A stretch of DNA of 63,690 bases, the filler included, from Choristocarpus tenellus KU-1152 (taxonomy: Eukaryota; Protista; Phaeophyceae): NCBI GenBank assembly GCA_964200185.2. It is 8 parts of 8 records of this genome, joined end to end, with 100 filler letters (N's around TTAATTAATTAA, not from the genome) between each part and the next. Parts side by side here need not be neighbours in the genome. Positions count along the whole stretch, not along the records: positions 51,197 to 57,506 come from CAXNAD020008417.1; positions 57,607 to 60,837 come from CAXNAD020021381.1; positions 60,938 to 63,690 come from CAXNAD020025035.1; 5 more parts are not named here. One strand, 5' to 3'. The notes under the pieces are model-generated. The model ran no database searches, had not been told where the DNA came from, and worked only from the letters and a program-made list of their open reading frames with translations. Of this stretch, positions 51,797 to 63,690 are shown one piece after another. Within the stretch, counting starts at the first letter, position 1; every line of letters starts with the position of its first letter. A program made the translations under genes and the position numbers.

Positions 51797-52300
51797 GAGC
51801 CAAATTGAGCAAGAAGTCCACAGGACTTGAATCGTTTTGCCTTTTAAGCCACACTTGGTAGCTTTTGCAATTCACGCTTATTTCTATGTGAAGTGAGTTA
51901 AAATAAGTGAGAGGTACCCAGAGTTGCATTTTAAGGATGTCAGCAAATATGGGTAAAATTCGACTATTATTACATAAGTGTGTAGGATATTTTCTGAATT
52001 ATGTCAAAATACTTCAAACAATAGAGAAATAAACCCTATCAAGTCAAACTTAGCACTTTATCCATAGATGTATGGGTGAATTGCAAAAGATTGAAAAACT
52101 GACTTATAATGCAAAATAGCCAAAACTGGGTATCTCTAGTTTACTTTGACTTAATGCTAAAAATATCTTGAGAGCATTTATTTCATCGTTGAATCTTCGA
52201 CCGAATTATGAAAAGTCCCCATAAGCATATGTGCAAAAGGCCTCATAATTGTCAGCATCCTTAAAATACAATCCTGGATACCTCTCGTTTACTTTGATTC
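51797..52300. mobile_element. MITE, family C-like, hosting an inverted family C copy
   Basis: GAGCCAAATTGAGC...CAGCATCCTTAAAAT..CCTCTCGTTTACTTTGATTC; flanks cac/cat. Confidence 0.7.
51895..52152. mobile_element. MITE, family C (nested)
   Basis: GAGTTAAAATAAGTGAGAGG...TTTACTTTGACTT; flanks agt/aat; colinear with 26900-27156. Confidence 0.8.
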
Positions 52301-53499
52301 CATCATACTGGTTGTGTTGCGCACACCACAGTCAACTCCCCTGCCTCTCTCCCTTGCGAAGCAACAGTTGGCAAGGGAGAGAGAGGTAGGGGAGCTGGCT
52401 GTGGTACATGCTATGGCGAAGTACAACAGTGCCAGAGTGATGGATGAGTATGTAATCTGTGTGAGAGAGAGAGATGCCTCTACAGAAGCACAACCACTGG
52501 CTGAGCTTCTCATATCACAATACCCTATCCACGTCTCACTAGTCAGTCACAATTCACAGTAAAAGGAATGGGTCATGCTAGGTATCTCAGACACAAAGTT
52601 GACTTATGGGGCAGCTCTGGACCGTCCATGTGACTTGTAGGACCTTCACACTAATTCAATCCTCATCCTCCAGCCTGTGCCACCATAAAAATTTCTAGTG
52701 AACCCTCAAAATAATATATCGAGCTACAGTACAGAGCTCTAACTGCCTGTCTGGTCGTATTTCTTGAACTTCCTTCAGATTTTACATAAGCCTCATAAGT
52801 GATCCCGTGTTTTGCCCTATTCATCTGGCTTGGAGTACAAGTCCTTGATGCTGTCATATTTTTCATATTGTATGTCTATCTCAACCCCACTCAGGTGTGG
52901 GCCTACCACATCCGTCTATTTCCCCATAGTTCTTGGTTTACAAGATCGTTCCCCCACCCAGTGCATGAAAATTGCTACCTGTAACTTTGCTGAAGAAGTG
53001 CTTGTGGATAGAAAAAATGTGTGGTGCAATCTGAAACATGACAACTGCATTGCATTCATTTCATTTCATTTGAACTGACAGTAGGAAAGGAATATGGCCA
53101 TCCTGGCAAGTTGAAAATACTAGAGTAGGCTTACTGCGACTATTTGTAGTGGCACGGGTTGCATGCGAAGAGGGTCATAAACATGTACAAGAATTTTCAT
53201 AGTTCACAATGGAATGGAATGCTGCACAATATACTTAAAGCATTCTGTTAGCAAAAAGGTAAGGTGTTCTTCTGAGACAAAGGAAAGTACCACCCACATA
53301 ATTAAGAGAAAAGAGAAGAGACAACTCTGTCTGGCAAGGTACAATTGACAAACGTTTTCATTGGCCTGATCTATTGCCATTACAACACACCAATACCCAT
53401 TTGATACTCACACCTAAAAAAAAATGCACTGAACATTGCCATGACCATGCAGATATCTCAACAAGAAAACTGAGAAGTCACCAACCAAGATTAGGATCA

Positions 53500-55500
53500 G
53501 ACATTGCGCACGCCCACATTAGTTGGAGACACTGTAACTACTGTAAATCACATACCATTCACATCAAGAGTCACTGCTGAGTTGGAACGCTGCTGTGGTA
53601 GAGCCTGCAGAGCCAGAGACACCAGACCATGGCAGCAGTTCCAATCGCTCAATGTAAAGTTAAAAGATGTCTGCCTTGAAGTCCACCAGGTTTGCACCTG
53701 GCTCGTTCCTGAGTGGCTCGTTCCTGAGTGGAGAAAAATGCAGGTGTGTAAGTTGCAGTTACTGCAAACCTCTATGCAGCCAAGTAGTTTAAGTCTAGCG
53801 TGCTGGATCCGGTCAGAAAATAGTTCTCAAAAGATTGATTGTAAAGCAACAGTGAACTCTATCGCATTCAACAGCACCTTCAGTCAGCTGCACACATTTG
53901 AGGTTACCAATGCTTATATAAAAAAAGAAAAAATAATACCAGGTGCATGTTACAAGCATAAAATTACTGTCTATGCAATAATCTATGGGAGGTACCTGTT
54001 CTATGAAACAGGCCACTGTCCCCACTGTGAAGAGTTGTACGCAGACATCAATCCCTCACCCCGTCCTTGCAACTAAAATAGGATTCATATACATAGCAAA
54101 ATCTTGACAACGCCAATGGCATGTTTTCTTCTCTTTACATACTGCTGCCCTCATCCCTAGCTGAGAGATCCATTCTGCGTGTTGGAGGATCCGAGTCTTG
54201 ACCATGCATGTGGAATACAATGCTCCAAGCAGTGTCTTGCAGTACAGCAGACCTTCACATTGTTGTCCATGTAACATAGCTAAGTCTTGAAGACTTCAAT
54301 GTGAGCTCCGCATGAATCTGCTCACCATGAGGGATTGGGGCACATGTAGGCAAAGAGCAACAACTCAAGCAGTGTGAGCCATAGGCACATTCTTCGATAT
54401 TGCACCTACGGTGAGAATTGAGGCATTCATGCTATGCTTCATTTTAGGGACAGTGCAGAAAAATGCAAAAATATGGCAATGAAAATGAGGTGCTCAAAAA
54501 GAAGAACCTGTATTGCCTGCTAGGTGACACTGTCACTGGTGGTGGAGGTTAGGTAGAAATTACGGGACTTTTCTCACAACCATTCAAAGTTGAAGAGTTG
54601 TTGTTTCAGTGTAGGACTGAAGACTCGGCATCTTTCCAAAGCCAGACAGGAACAATACTACCTCCATCCTGGAAGACTAGGCTCTATATGGTATCTCTTG
54701 GTGGAGCCATTGAATTAAAAATAAGTGCAAATTCGGAATCCTTGGCACTAACTACTCTCATATCTTTCCAAGCCTCCTCGCTACAATTGCCCCAATCCAC
54801 CAACAATTCCAAGGCCTTACAGCAGCACTGGCAGGAGGATTTTCACATTTTCACCGTCGTACATGGGGACAGTATTCTAGCCTTTTGACATGCAGCTTTG
54901 CCTCCGGCTCTAAAATGAAATAGTTGGCCTCGAAGGACTTGGGCGATCTATCGTACACCTTGAACAACCTCTGTCAAACCTTTGCAGTGTGTCTGCACCA
55001 TTCACCTTGCACTTGGCATAAAATTTCCTCCTTGAGGTCCTCAGCTAACTCATACCAGGACATCCAAACCCTGCGCATGAGAGATCTGAAGGAGATAAAC
55101 TCGTTCATTTATTGGTTATCTCATGAGGACGTAGGTAGCATCAAAAGTATAGAAATCCCTCCTCCTCACTCCCCATCCTCTGATAGAAATTCTGGATTTC
55201 CCTTCCTTCTATACTGTGAGGACTTTCTTCGTTCACCTTAACTACAAAACGTCTTCATAAAACGATAGCACCTTGCGCTTGATTGCAGGCAGTCCAAACA
55301 ACAAACTCTCCTACCACTCTGCATCAACGGTAATATATCCATCTCCTCCAGACGGGACAATATATCCCCATCAGCTATGAGGTATAGTAGGAGTAGGTCT
55401 CATCCACGTGAACGATATTCAAATTGCTCTCTTCTTATGTGCCCAATTCACCTGTCCAGTCATAGAAAATATCCAATCTCTGCACCTCATGGTCATGAGT
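53500..55500 (-). pseudogene. KDZ (Kyakuja-Dileera-Zisupton)-like transposase relic
   Basis: Cys-rich upstream part (YCPRL..CCLDCL), then HAPGIIF, CNLHTC..RNEP (like YDxACxLxxYxxxREP), LYIER (like IDRFH) and CRLYHS; heavily frameshifted. Confidence 0.4.
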
Positions 55501-57619
55501 GAGCTCAGTGCAGGCCACTGTATCTGATTCCCCCCGTTAGAAAGTCCCAAACTATGAACATTGCCAAGCTGTACAGTGTGGCCCTTCACAACCTGGACTG
55601 CGATCTAGTACAACTATGCAGGGTCGAGCGAGATTGTCCCTTCAACCTTGACCCCCCTTCACTCTGCTTTTTCGCTGATTTCTTGCTACATGTGATTTTG
55701 AAATCCCACTAAGATACAAGATTTCAAGATGACGACCACCACACATCGCACAAATCAAATTCGATTTGTAGATTTATAATCAATCAACAACATATCAACG
55801 ATAGATCCTGTTATAAATCTGAGTTGCACACCTTAAACAACAACAACCAAAAAATAAAGATTTAGGAGTTACCTCTTTTCATTCCATATCCAATCATTTG
55901 TATCCATTCATATTGCTGGGAGCACTGTGCGATAAATCTATCAACATGATAAGAGGTTGATGGACCAAGACATTCTGATTTCTACTACTTAATTTCAAAT
56001 CGTTGTGGGGTTCAAATCCATGTATTGTATTAAGAAACCATCTAGGGTGCAAATATTTGTATGGTGTTGACAGCCCCCTCTAGGATCAGATTTGGTGTTG
56101 ATTCATTTCGAGGCGATGTACGGCGAACTGATTGGTGATGACCATATTAAATTGAAGATGATATCGAATGCCACAGATTGAAGGAGAGAAATCCAATGAT
56201 ATATTTCTTTGTTTTGAGTTAGTAAATGCTGAAAGGTTAATTTAAATTGATAAAAAATGAAAATAGCTGAACGCATATCAAGTTTTTTTTGTACGACTGG
56301 ATTTCTTTCCATCAATCGACTGCCTATGATCTCAGCTTTAATTTGATATGTTGATCACCGATCAACTCGCCATACATCACCTCGAAATTAATCTAGATGA
56401 GCCCACCTCCACTGTTTCGTTCCCCCAAACACGTTCTGTGGAAGACTTTCGGAGCTTAACCTTCGCACGCAGCTCACTTCAACGTAGAGTGTCCACACAG
56501 AACTCGGCACAATGGCTGCGGAAGCCCCTCTGTCGAAGGACATGCTGGATATCGTGGTGCGGTCTCTACCTCCACGGTTCAAGTTTCACAGAAGTCGAAG
56601 GCAGAGGTTTGGCAAAGCGTACGCGCTGTTGATCGCCATTTGTCGAGAGGGGGACTCGCACTTGATCGAGTGGACCGGTCAATCACTACGGAACAAGAAA
56701 TCAAAGAGGGGTCGCGACTACGACAGAGAGCATGCATTCTTGGTCAAGATCGATGAGGAGGGCTGGCTGGCTGACTGTAGTCTGATGAGCTTTTAGGCAT
56801 AACAATGGAGCTACAATAGCAATGAAAAGTTTAGAGCTACACACTACAGGCAGATTAGACATTGAGGATCATAAATATTCTTCTCCCGTGAAAAAAATCG
56901 TCTTGGGAGAGGAGAAAGAGCCCTACAAGCGAGATACTGGACGAACAGATGTCTACATAACTTGGTTTTAGTGAGGAAAATTGATCTCGCGCCCATCACA
57001 ACATATCCACTCCAACCTATCTAACAATGTTTCGAAAGAATTATCACGACCAAGAATTTTTCCAAACGAATTCCTTTGCGTAGATCGATAGTCTAGATCC
57101 GAAGCTTTCATTTGATATGCTAATCGTTGATTAACTCGTTGGGCAACATTTCAACAACAAAAAAAACAAGATTGGTAACCGTCAAAACGGTAGGTGGGCG
57201 GACCTCGGCTTAATACTGTTTGAACCTCTCACGCAACACTGTGACGCACAATGAGTTCCGAGTTGTGGCCTGCCCCTCAGAGGACACTGTGAATTGAACC
57301 CAAAAGAGATGGTCAGGGTGCGGGCGAAGCACCATGTACGAGGCTGTTGTGACTACACGTTGCCTGGAATGATAGCCAACATTCCTGTCAAACTTAAAAG
57401 GAAGAAGGGGGGCGATCCAGAGTAATTGTGGAGAGGTTCTTCAGGATGAGTATTGCTTACCACCTGATATATTCCAGCCAGAAAGGCATGGAGTGCCCCA
57501 AATTGGNNNNNNNNNNNNNNNNNNNNNNNNNNNNNNNNNNNNNNNNNNNNTTAATTAATTAANNNNNNNNNNNNNNNNNNNNNNNNNNNNNNNNNNNNNN
57601 NNNNNNTTTTTATCCCTCT

Positions 57620-57656
57620 AATTTTTTCGGCTCTACCCTCTAAGATACTTTGGCTC
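57620..57656. mobile_element. MITE, family A terminal fragment
   Basis: CTCTACCCTCTAAGATACTTTGGCTC. Confidence 0.75.
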
Positions 57657-60117
57657 ACTCATATCGATAGGTAGGGCTTGTGCTGATCCAAGGCGCGAGA
57701 TTAGATGACCTCATCATCGAGCAGAGATGATACCAGTTTGCCTACTGGAGATCAGTAGGATGAAAGAGTATTGTGAGACCATCCATCCCTTGCCTGTTAG
57801 AAGGGAAGTTTCTTCCTCGGTAGTTGGTTACGGATTTTTATCGTTCAAAGTGGATGAGGAAGAGGAGCAGGTTTGGTAGTTTCCTTGGCATTTTAGAACC
57901 GAAGATACTATGCCACTATCATTGTTCGCAAACCAAATGAAATATAAATACAAACAGGTCCAGGGTTTGGAGTCAGATCCTAGCAACCTCAATCGTTGTG
58001 TTTTTTGGGGGTAATTAATGGGCGGATATGGTACACCCATTCTGTGGCAGGCATAACCAATACAATAATATTCTTACTGCTCACAATGCTGAGTTCAACC
58101 TGACCCTCTGCCAGATTCAATTTTGTGGTTGTTGATGTTTTATTGGTCACAACTGACCGGGTATAAGACTCTCTGTTTGCTCCTTCACTAATGCTTGTTC
58201 ACCTTCCAACTTTTCTAGTTGAGTGATTGGCGGTAATATTTCTATCATATACAATTAGTACTCCAGAGTTCTAGCCATGTATTCTTTATTTGCACCTAGG
58301 TCCAAGGGAAAGCACACTATGTATATGTACCCTTCAGGTAAATCTTTAGTTGAATGTTCTGCATGGTCTTGGAACTAGAAAAAGGTGCTACCTCGGCCTT
58401 GACAGGTTTAACCAGTGCTCTCTTGTCCCAACTGTTCTTGTATTGCACCGTTCTGTTTGTGGTTTGGGAAAGCAGGATAGTTCTGTGAGCTATGCATCGG
58501 CTGCCGTATTCCGTGAGGAGAAGGATCGATTGTAGAGACTCTTCCTTTCTGGAGCAGTGGCTGAGCTTCAATACCTTTTCTTTCAATGGAATATAGGACA
58601 CCTGATCCCCCCTGGCAATGTAGTATCACAGATAGTCAAATGGATGAATGTGCATTGTCTTTTCCGAGGATGGTGTTCTTAGGTAGCAACCTTACCCTGT
58701 GGACATCATCTCGTGCATCCAATACATTTTTTGCTTCACAAAATTGGGAAGATTATGGACTGCGAGAACAGAATAAGCTTTTGTCCATATTTCCCGTTGA
58801 TTGTGATCACTGTACTACAGCACTGTAATTCTGCCACTAGTAGTTTGGAGCACCTTACCTTTTAGGAACAATTTTCCTTATAGGTACATATCATGGCACA
58901 GACGCGCTTGTGATGTCTAGTTCTCTTTCAAGTTGTGTGTTTTCAATCAAATCCTTTATGTTTTGAAGGCTGTACAAATCCATTGGCATGTACAAGAGGC
59001 AATTTGCAGTAACACTGCCATATTCCCAACCTCCTCTCCCCCATCAAGAGTATATACCAGGGTTTCTTGCCAAACTCAACATGCTTCTGCAACTAGAGCC
59101 CTAATGCCATCTAGGGCTATTTAGATGCCATGCATGGAGCAAGATACTGAAAGACATGCACGGGCCGCCTGGCTCCACTTGATGTTTTTTTCCTTCACTC
59201 ATAATAGTTTTGTGTGTGATAATGCTGCAGATGATGGCAACAACAGTATTTGTATGTGGTAGCAATCATGATCAGATCAATTGGATTAATGCAATATATT
59301 ACATGCCTGAGTACAAAGAGAGATAATTCAAGAGATGGCATGCTATGATGTGAAGAAGCAGGATTTGTTTGTTAAAACATCAACTTGCTCCTGCTGGTGG
59401 TGCTGCTGCCATTTTCTACTCTTAATTTCTATAATTGCTTTGTTTATCTTCATCTTCTATTTTTATGTACATGTGTGTGGTAAAGAAGGTAGGAGGGTTG
59501 TGTAGCGCGAACAGCCAATCAGCATGATGTATTGATCGCACGTATGCAGAATATTAGTGAATAGTGCTGCTGATAAACTATTGACAACACTGGAAGAATG
59601 GATTAGGAGAGATATAGCCAGTTACGTGTTGCCATCTATTTCCAGTTTAACTCTACCCTTGGTTCATGTATTGTGGGGACCTGATAGTAGATTATCCGTT
59701 CATGTATCATGTATGGTACTTTGATCTAGTGATAGTGTTCTTTTCTGGTTGTCAGTGTGGATGTAGCAAATCCCATATGGTAGTCTACACCAGTCTCACC
59801 CCCATGAGTTCAGTCAATGGAACTGAGACCGTAAGTCCCTTGTAACACCAAATATATAGTCTTCACACCAACCCACATCTTATCCTCTAACAAGGCACAC
59901 GATTGAACTTATCCACAGTTCCAGCGTGGAATACTTCAACAAATATGTGTGTGTGCATGGCATCAATACTACCTTCTTCAGAGAAATACATGCAGTCAAT
60001 AAATCGTCAGCAGCTGATTTTGAGGATAAATCGGTAAATTGGAGGTTCCCACCAAGGAGATAGGCGGATTGGTATGGCATTATAAGGCACCACTATTTCA
60101 TGTATATTCCAATGGCA

Positions 60118-60837
60118 GTATATATTATATTTTATTATACCCTTTGACATTTTGGAGATGTGTCTCGGGGAAACCAATGAAAACTATACATATTGTCAGT
60201 ATAAGCCCTAAAGATATAAAATGCCATTAATGTGCAAAACCCTAATCCATTTGTTACTTCACCACTATCTATGTTGTACTACTGCCCTCCTGTGTCTCCA
60301 ATCTACCTATACCTGTGCCCCGGGAGGAGGTAGGGAGGCATCCCAAGAATCCAACCCCAACGTGCCCATCTCCCTGGTGATTCCAGCTTAAAACGCATGA
60401 CACGCCTAGACAGTGCCACTTGCGTAGTCACCGAGACAATTTGAGTGAAAGTATCTTGGAGGGTACGAGTTTTTCCCTGTTTGTCCATTTGGAGCTTGGC
60501 TTCCCACGTTTTTTTATGACATTTTACCTACTCCAAAATGTTTCGGGGTACGTAAAATGTATACATTATGAAAAGGTGTGTTTGGAACAAGGATGTTTGG
60601 ATATCCTAACAAAAACAATACCCAAAATTACATCAAAAGTGCAACATTGGATTTCGGTCCCCAAATGGAAGCAGCCCTACCCTCTAAGATACTTTGACTC
60701 TTTGGCGTAGCCGGGATTTAAATACTCCTTTTTTGCTATATCCTCCCGCCCCTCTCCCACCTACCATGTGAGTAGCCAGCTCATCCAGGAAGCATTCCGC
60801 TTCCTTGCTGAGGCGCCCAAAACTTTCCACCGCGAAG
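60118..60837 (-). mobile_element. CRE-clade LINE 3' end, interrupted by a family A MITE
   Basis: FAVESFGRLSKEAECFLDELA...[MITE]...QIVSVTTQVALSRRVMRFKL; UTR colinear with 33750-34012. Confidence 0.87.
60443..60700. mobile_element. MITE, family A
   Basis: GAGTGAAAGTATCTTGGAGGG...CCCTCTAAGATACTTTGACTC; TSD ttt/ttt. Confidence 0.92.
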
Positions 60838-60937
60838 NNNNNNNNNNNNNNNNNNNNNNNNNNNNNNNNNNNNNNNNNNNNTTAATTAATTAANNNNNNN
60901 NNNNNNNNNNNNNNNNNNNNNNNNNNNNNNNNNNNNN

Positions 60938-61417
60938 AGGGAAGACTGAGGGGTAGTCGATTAGGCTTGTGACGCAGCCATCTAACTCCCCCGACCTCAA
61001 TATCATGGACCTGTGCTTCTTCAGGTTTTTGAAATGCCAGGTGATGGGGGAGCGGTTTGGGTCCGTCGAGGAGATGGTGAAGTTCATTACGAAACAGTAT
61101 GAGGAGTATGATGAAACCACACTTGAGAGGGCTTGGCAACTCCTTTTTGTGGTGTACAATTAAGTACTTAAATACAAACGGGGGAATGACTTCATTGTGG
61201 AGCACACGGGGGTAAGGAAGAGGCAGTTGTCTGGTGAGCTTGAAAACAAGCCAAAAGTAGACATGGAGGCTTTTTCTGTGGGGAGTAATGATAATAGAAA
61301 GAGCTGACCCTAACCAGAACTTCGTCAAGGGTTCCAAATCTTCATTCAGAAATGAATGTCATCAACATTTTCGAAAAGTTACGGACAACGCGGCACAGAC
61401 TTATGGCACGGAGGTAG
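60938..61417 (+). mobile_element. Plant-type (DD39D) mariner transposon 3' end
   Basis: QPSNSPDLNIMDLCFF...LERAW..L..VYN*VLKYKRGNDFIVEH; Stowaway-like TIR end ...GCACGGAGGTAG followed by TA. Confidence 0.88.
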
Positions 61418-62329
61418 TACATATTTTCCGAAGGCGGATATCCCATCTCTGAAGTGATTATTTTCTGAAACCCATCCGAACCATGATCCTCCCCACTTCC
61501 TCAGTTCTAGTCCTTGCAAGTCTTGCACTTGTCCAACCTTAACCTCGTCCTCTCCTTTACAGTTTGTCTTCGTCCGTCAGATCCATCTTGCCTGGTGATT
61601 CTCTTCAGCGCCCTTGCCTGAGTGAAAACCACGCTGCCACAGAATCACACGATGCATACATTCATTTATTCATTATGATATTCTTACTATCAATGAAGTT
61701 CGATGTGTGATTCAATACTGCTCAAATATTTCCGAGTCGAATTTCGGAGTTGTTGACGACCAAAGATGTTAGGAGACGGCTACTCTCACCCTTGACTGAC
61801 CCCAGCAGGGACTTCTTGCCTTATCTGACATCCTTGATCAAAATATCGCTATACCTGAAATATTGATGTCGGAAGCATTGCCAATTGTTCGCTGCTACTG
61901 TTGAGTCATTACTACTTTGTGACCCTCAGGGTGACAGGTTGCACGTTAACATTTGGTTAGACGCCTCAGTGTGTGGTGTAGGTGTGGACATGTGGATTGG
62001 TGGAGTCGATGGTATCGTATCAGGATACAGCAAGAGTCTTATAGGGTATTCACATACGTGGGAATATGGCGTGTTAGCAGTTGAGGCCCGGCAAAACACT
62101 CTTTTGAGCCTGCCAAGCCATTGAAAATCTCAATCGCCGACCCATCACCAGACATATTTCTTGCGTAAAATGATGTAGAAAGGAGGGCAGTCTATCATCA
62201 TACATGCGGGGATTTCTTCACACCGGTTGGTTAAGGGCTACAGCTATCAGTTGGAGCACCTCCCTAGTCTGTCCCCAATTTCCAATTCCATACTTCTGTG
62301 AATCAATAAAAAATTTGTGCTTAGTGGAG

Positions 62330-62635
62330 CATGTGGCGCTTTGATGTTTATTGGTAGTGGTATAAGAAATTTGACACACGCATGCATGCCGTTGTAACAG
62401 CTCCTTTCAAAGAAATGTAAAAAGCGGTTCTTCCCATCCTGTGCACCAGGGGGAATTTGGGAATTGGAAAATTTCTGATATTCTGGCAGTGTGCAGGGTA
62501 GAAGGATATGAATACCAGGTTTTGTTGGATTGGTTAGGGTTAAGTGAGGACGAGAGGATACATGGGAGGCAATCTCTTCCATTTTTGAGGGTGCCCCTGT
62601 CTTTCTATGTAAACAGTTTAAGAAAGTGAAGTTGC
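62330..62635 (+). mobile_element. Chromoviral Gypsy integrase C-terminal chromodomain relic
   Basis: HQGEF..ISDIL..YEYQVLLDWLGLSEDE/DTWEAISSIFEGAPVFLCKQLRK with one frameshift. Confidence 0.75.
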
Positions 62636-63690
62636 ATGGTGAAGTGCGCAATGTGGTTGGGTGGCAGTACAAGATTGACATTTGAATTGGATATTGTGTG
62701 CTGTTCTTTGTCGAGCTGGCAGTTTTGGTACTATTGGTAGCATGCTTTGCTCTGGGGGTGTTGTAGACACAGCATCGAGAGTTTTCATAACATAGCAGAG
62801 GCCTTTGCATTATTTGATGTTTGGAGCATATGTGATCCTTGACTGGATCTATGCTCACTCCCTTAACAAATAACAGAGCTGTAAGCCCCAACGTGGAGTG
62901 GAGTCCTTATAAGCTATGACAGGCCAGTTCCTGTAGTTGAACTGTCTATAACCCACATAGCAACACCAAAAAATACATCTTGAAATACGTACTTCCTCTG
63001 TTCAGCATCAACTCAAACAACAGTTTGTGGGGCAGGCTATGATTGCGCAGAGGACGGTATCCAACTTTTATCATTTTGATGGGGTCTCTCGCAAAAATCC
63101 GTTGTGAGTCTACCCCCAAATTCTCACCAAGATCCGACTTTTTGATCTTCCAACCCTAAATTGCCCGCAACGCCTTCCTTCCCAATCAGGAGTTTCTTCC
63201 CGTCCACCTCAAGCCGTCGAATTCATGCTGAATGGAGAAAATACTCTAATAAAAACAACTACTGCATATATGTGTATCTATATATATATCTGTGATACAA
63301 TACTCACAAGGACAGGAAAGAAGCACAAGAAATCTAACACCACTGAGCTTGTGGTTTGACTATTTAGCTTATGTGTCTCTAGGGAGATCAGACCTTTCTC
63401 CGACAGCCATGTTATACTGGATGTCCTTCAATCCCACATCACAAACACACAACCCCCAACAACACCGCTCACTCTGTCACATGTATATCAACAGAGAGGA
63501 CAGCATGTCCCCCACTGCGCCCCTCGAGAATCTTTAGGCTGAGCATACCAAATCCCAGTGGTTCGTAGCTCATTCTTCACACACACTTTACTCTACAAAG
63601 ACAGAGTAACGCCAAGGTGTTACAGGCGCCCCTCAATGCTCACCTTCCAGGATGTACAACTCAAATCCAACGACCTTAAAACGATGCTAT

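Noticed and set aside
58300-58490. Possible terminal exons encoding a hydrophobic C-terminus
   Set aside because: Requires an intron of about 40 nt, the phase is ambiguous, and there is no homology.
31314-60937. Seven regularly structured TTAATTAATTAA motifs inside N runs
   Set aside because: Artificial all-frame-stop contig linkers, not biology.
62247-62891. 214-aa minus-strand ORF; likewise the 190-aa ORF at 53504-54076
   Set aside because: Antisense to the chromodomain relic and the KDZ-like relic respectively; no recognisable product.
1-63690. Endogenous giant-virus, virophage or Polinton genes
   Set aside because: No gene-dense intronless block and no capsid, packaging ATPase or polB motif seen.

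Overview
Eukaryotic, intron-rich and transposon-littered DNA. The TE families and gene style suggest a brown alga or related ochrophyte, which is an inference. The window is eight contigs joined by artificial 100-bp spacers (44 N + TTAATTAATTAA + 44 N), so synteny across spacers means nothing. The one well-supported host gene is a SCAPER-like gene on the minus strand. I assembled it by hand from 15 phase-consistent exons (6064-30015, about 1536 aa); the 5' end was not found before the contig break. A two-exon fragment of a coiled-coil protein lies at 47615-51096. The rest is TE debris: Ty3/Gypsy RT-RNaseH-integrase and chromodomain pieces, Copia pieces, CRE-type LINE 3' ends, a plant-type mariner 3' end, and very degenerate Sola-like, KDZ-like, pogo-like and exonuclease-linked transposase relics. 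The most distinctive signals are three. (1) About 23 MITE copies from at least four internally different families share a G(A/G)(G/C)(T/C)(C/G)AAA terminus and make sequence-nonspecific 3-bp target-site duplications, a combination I cannot place in a known superfamily. (2) The SCAPER introns sit almost all at AG|G with 3-7 bp repeats at both junctions, and two appear to be GC-AG. (3) There is a candidate 18-nt in-frame micro-exon. I saw no prokaryotic system, CRISPR array, rRNA, intact tRNA or viral gene. All homology calls are motif recognition by eye; no searches were run.
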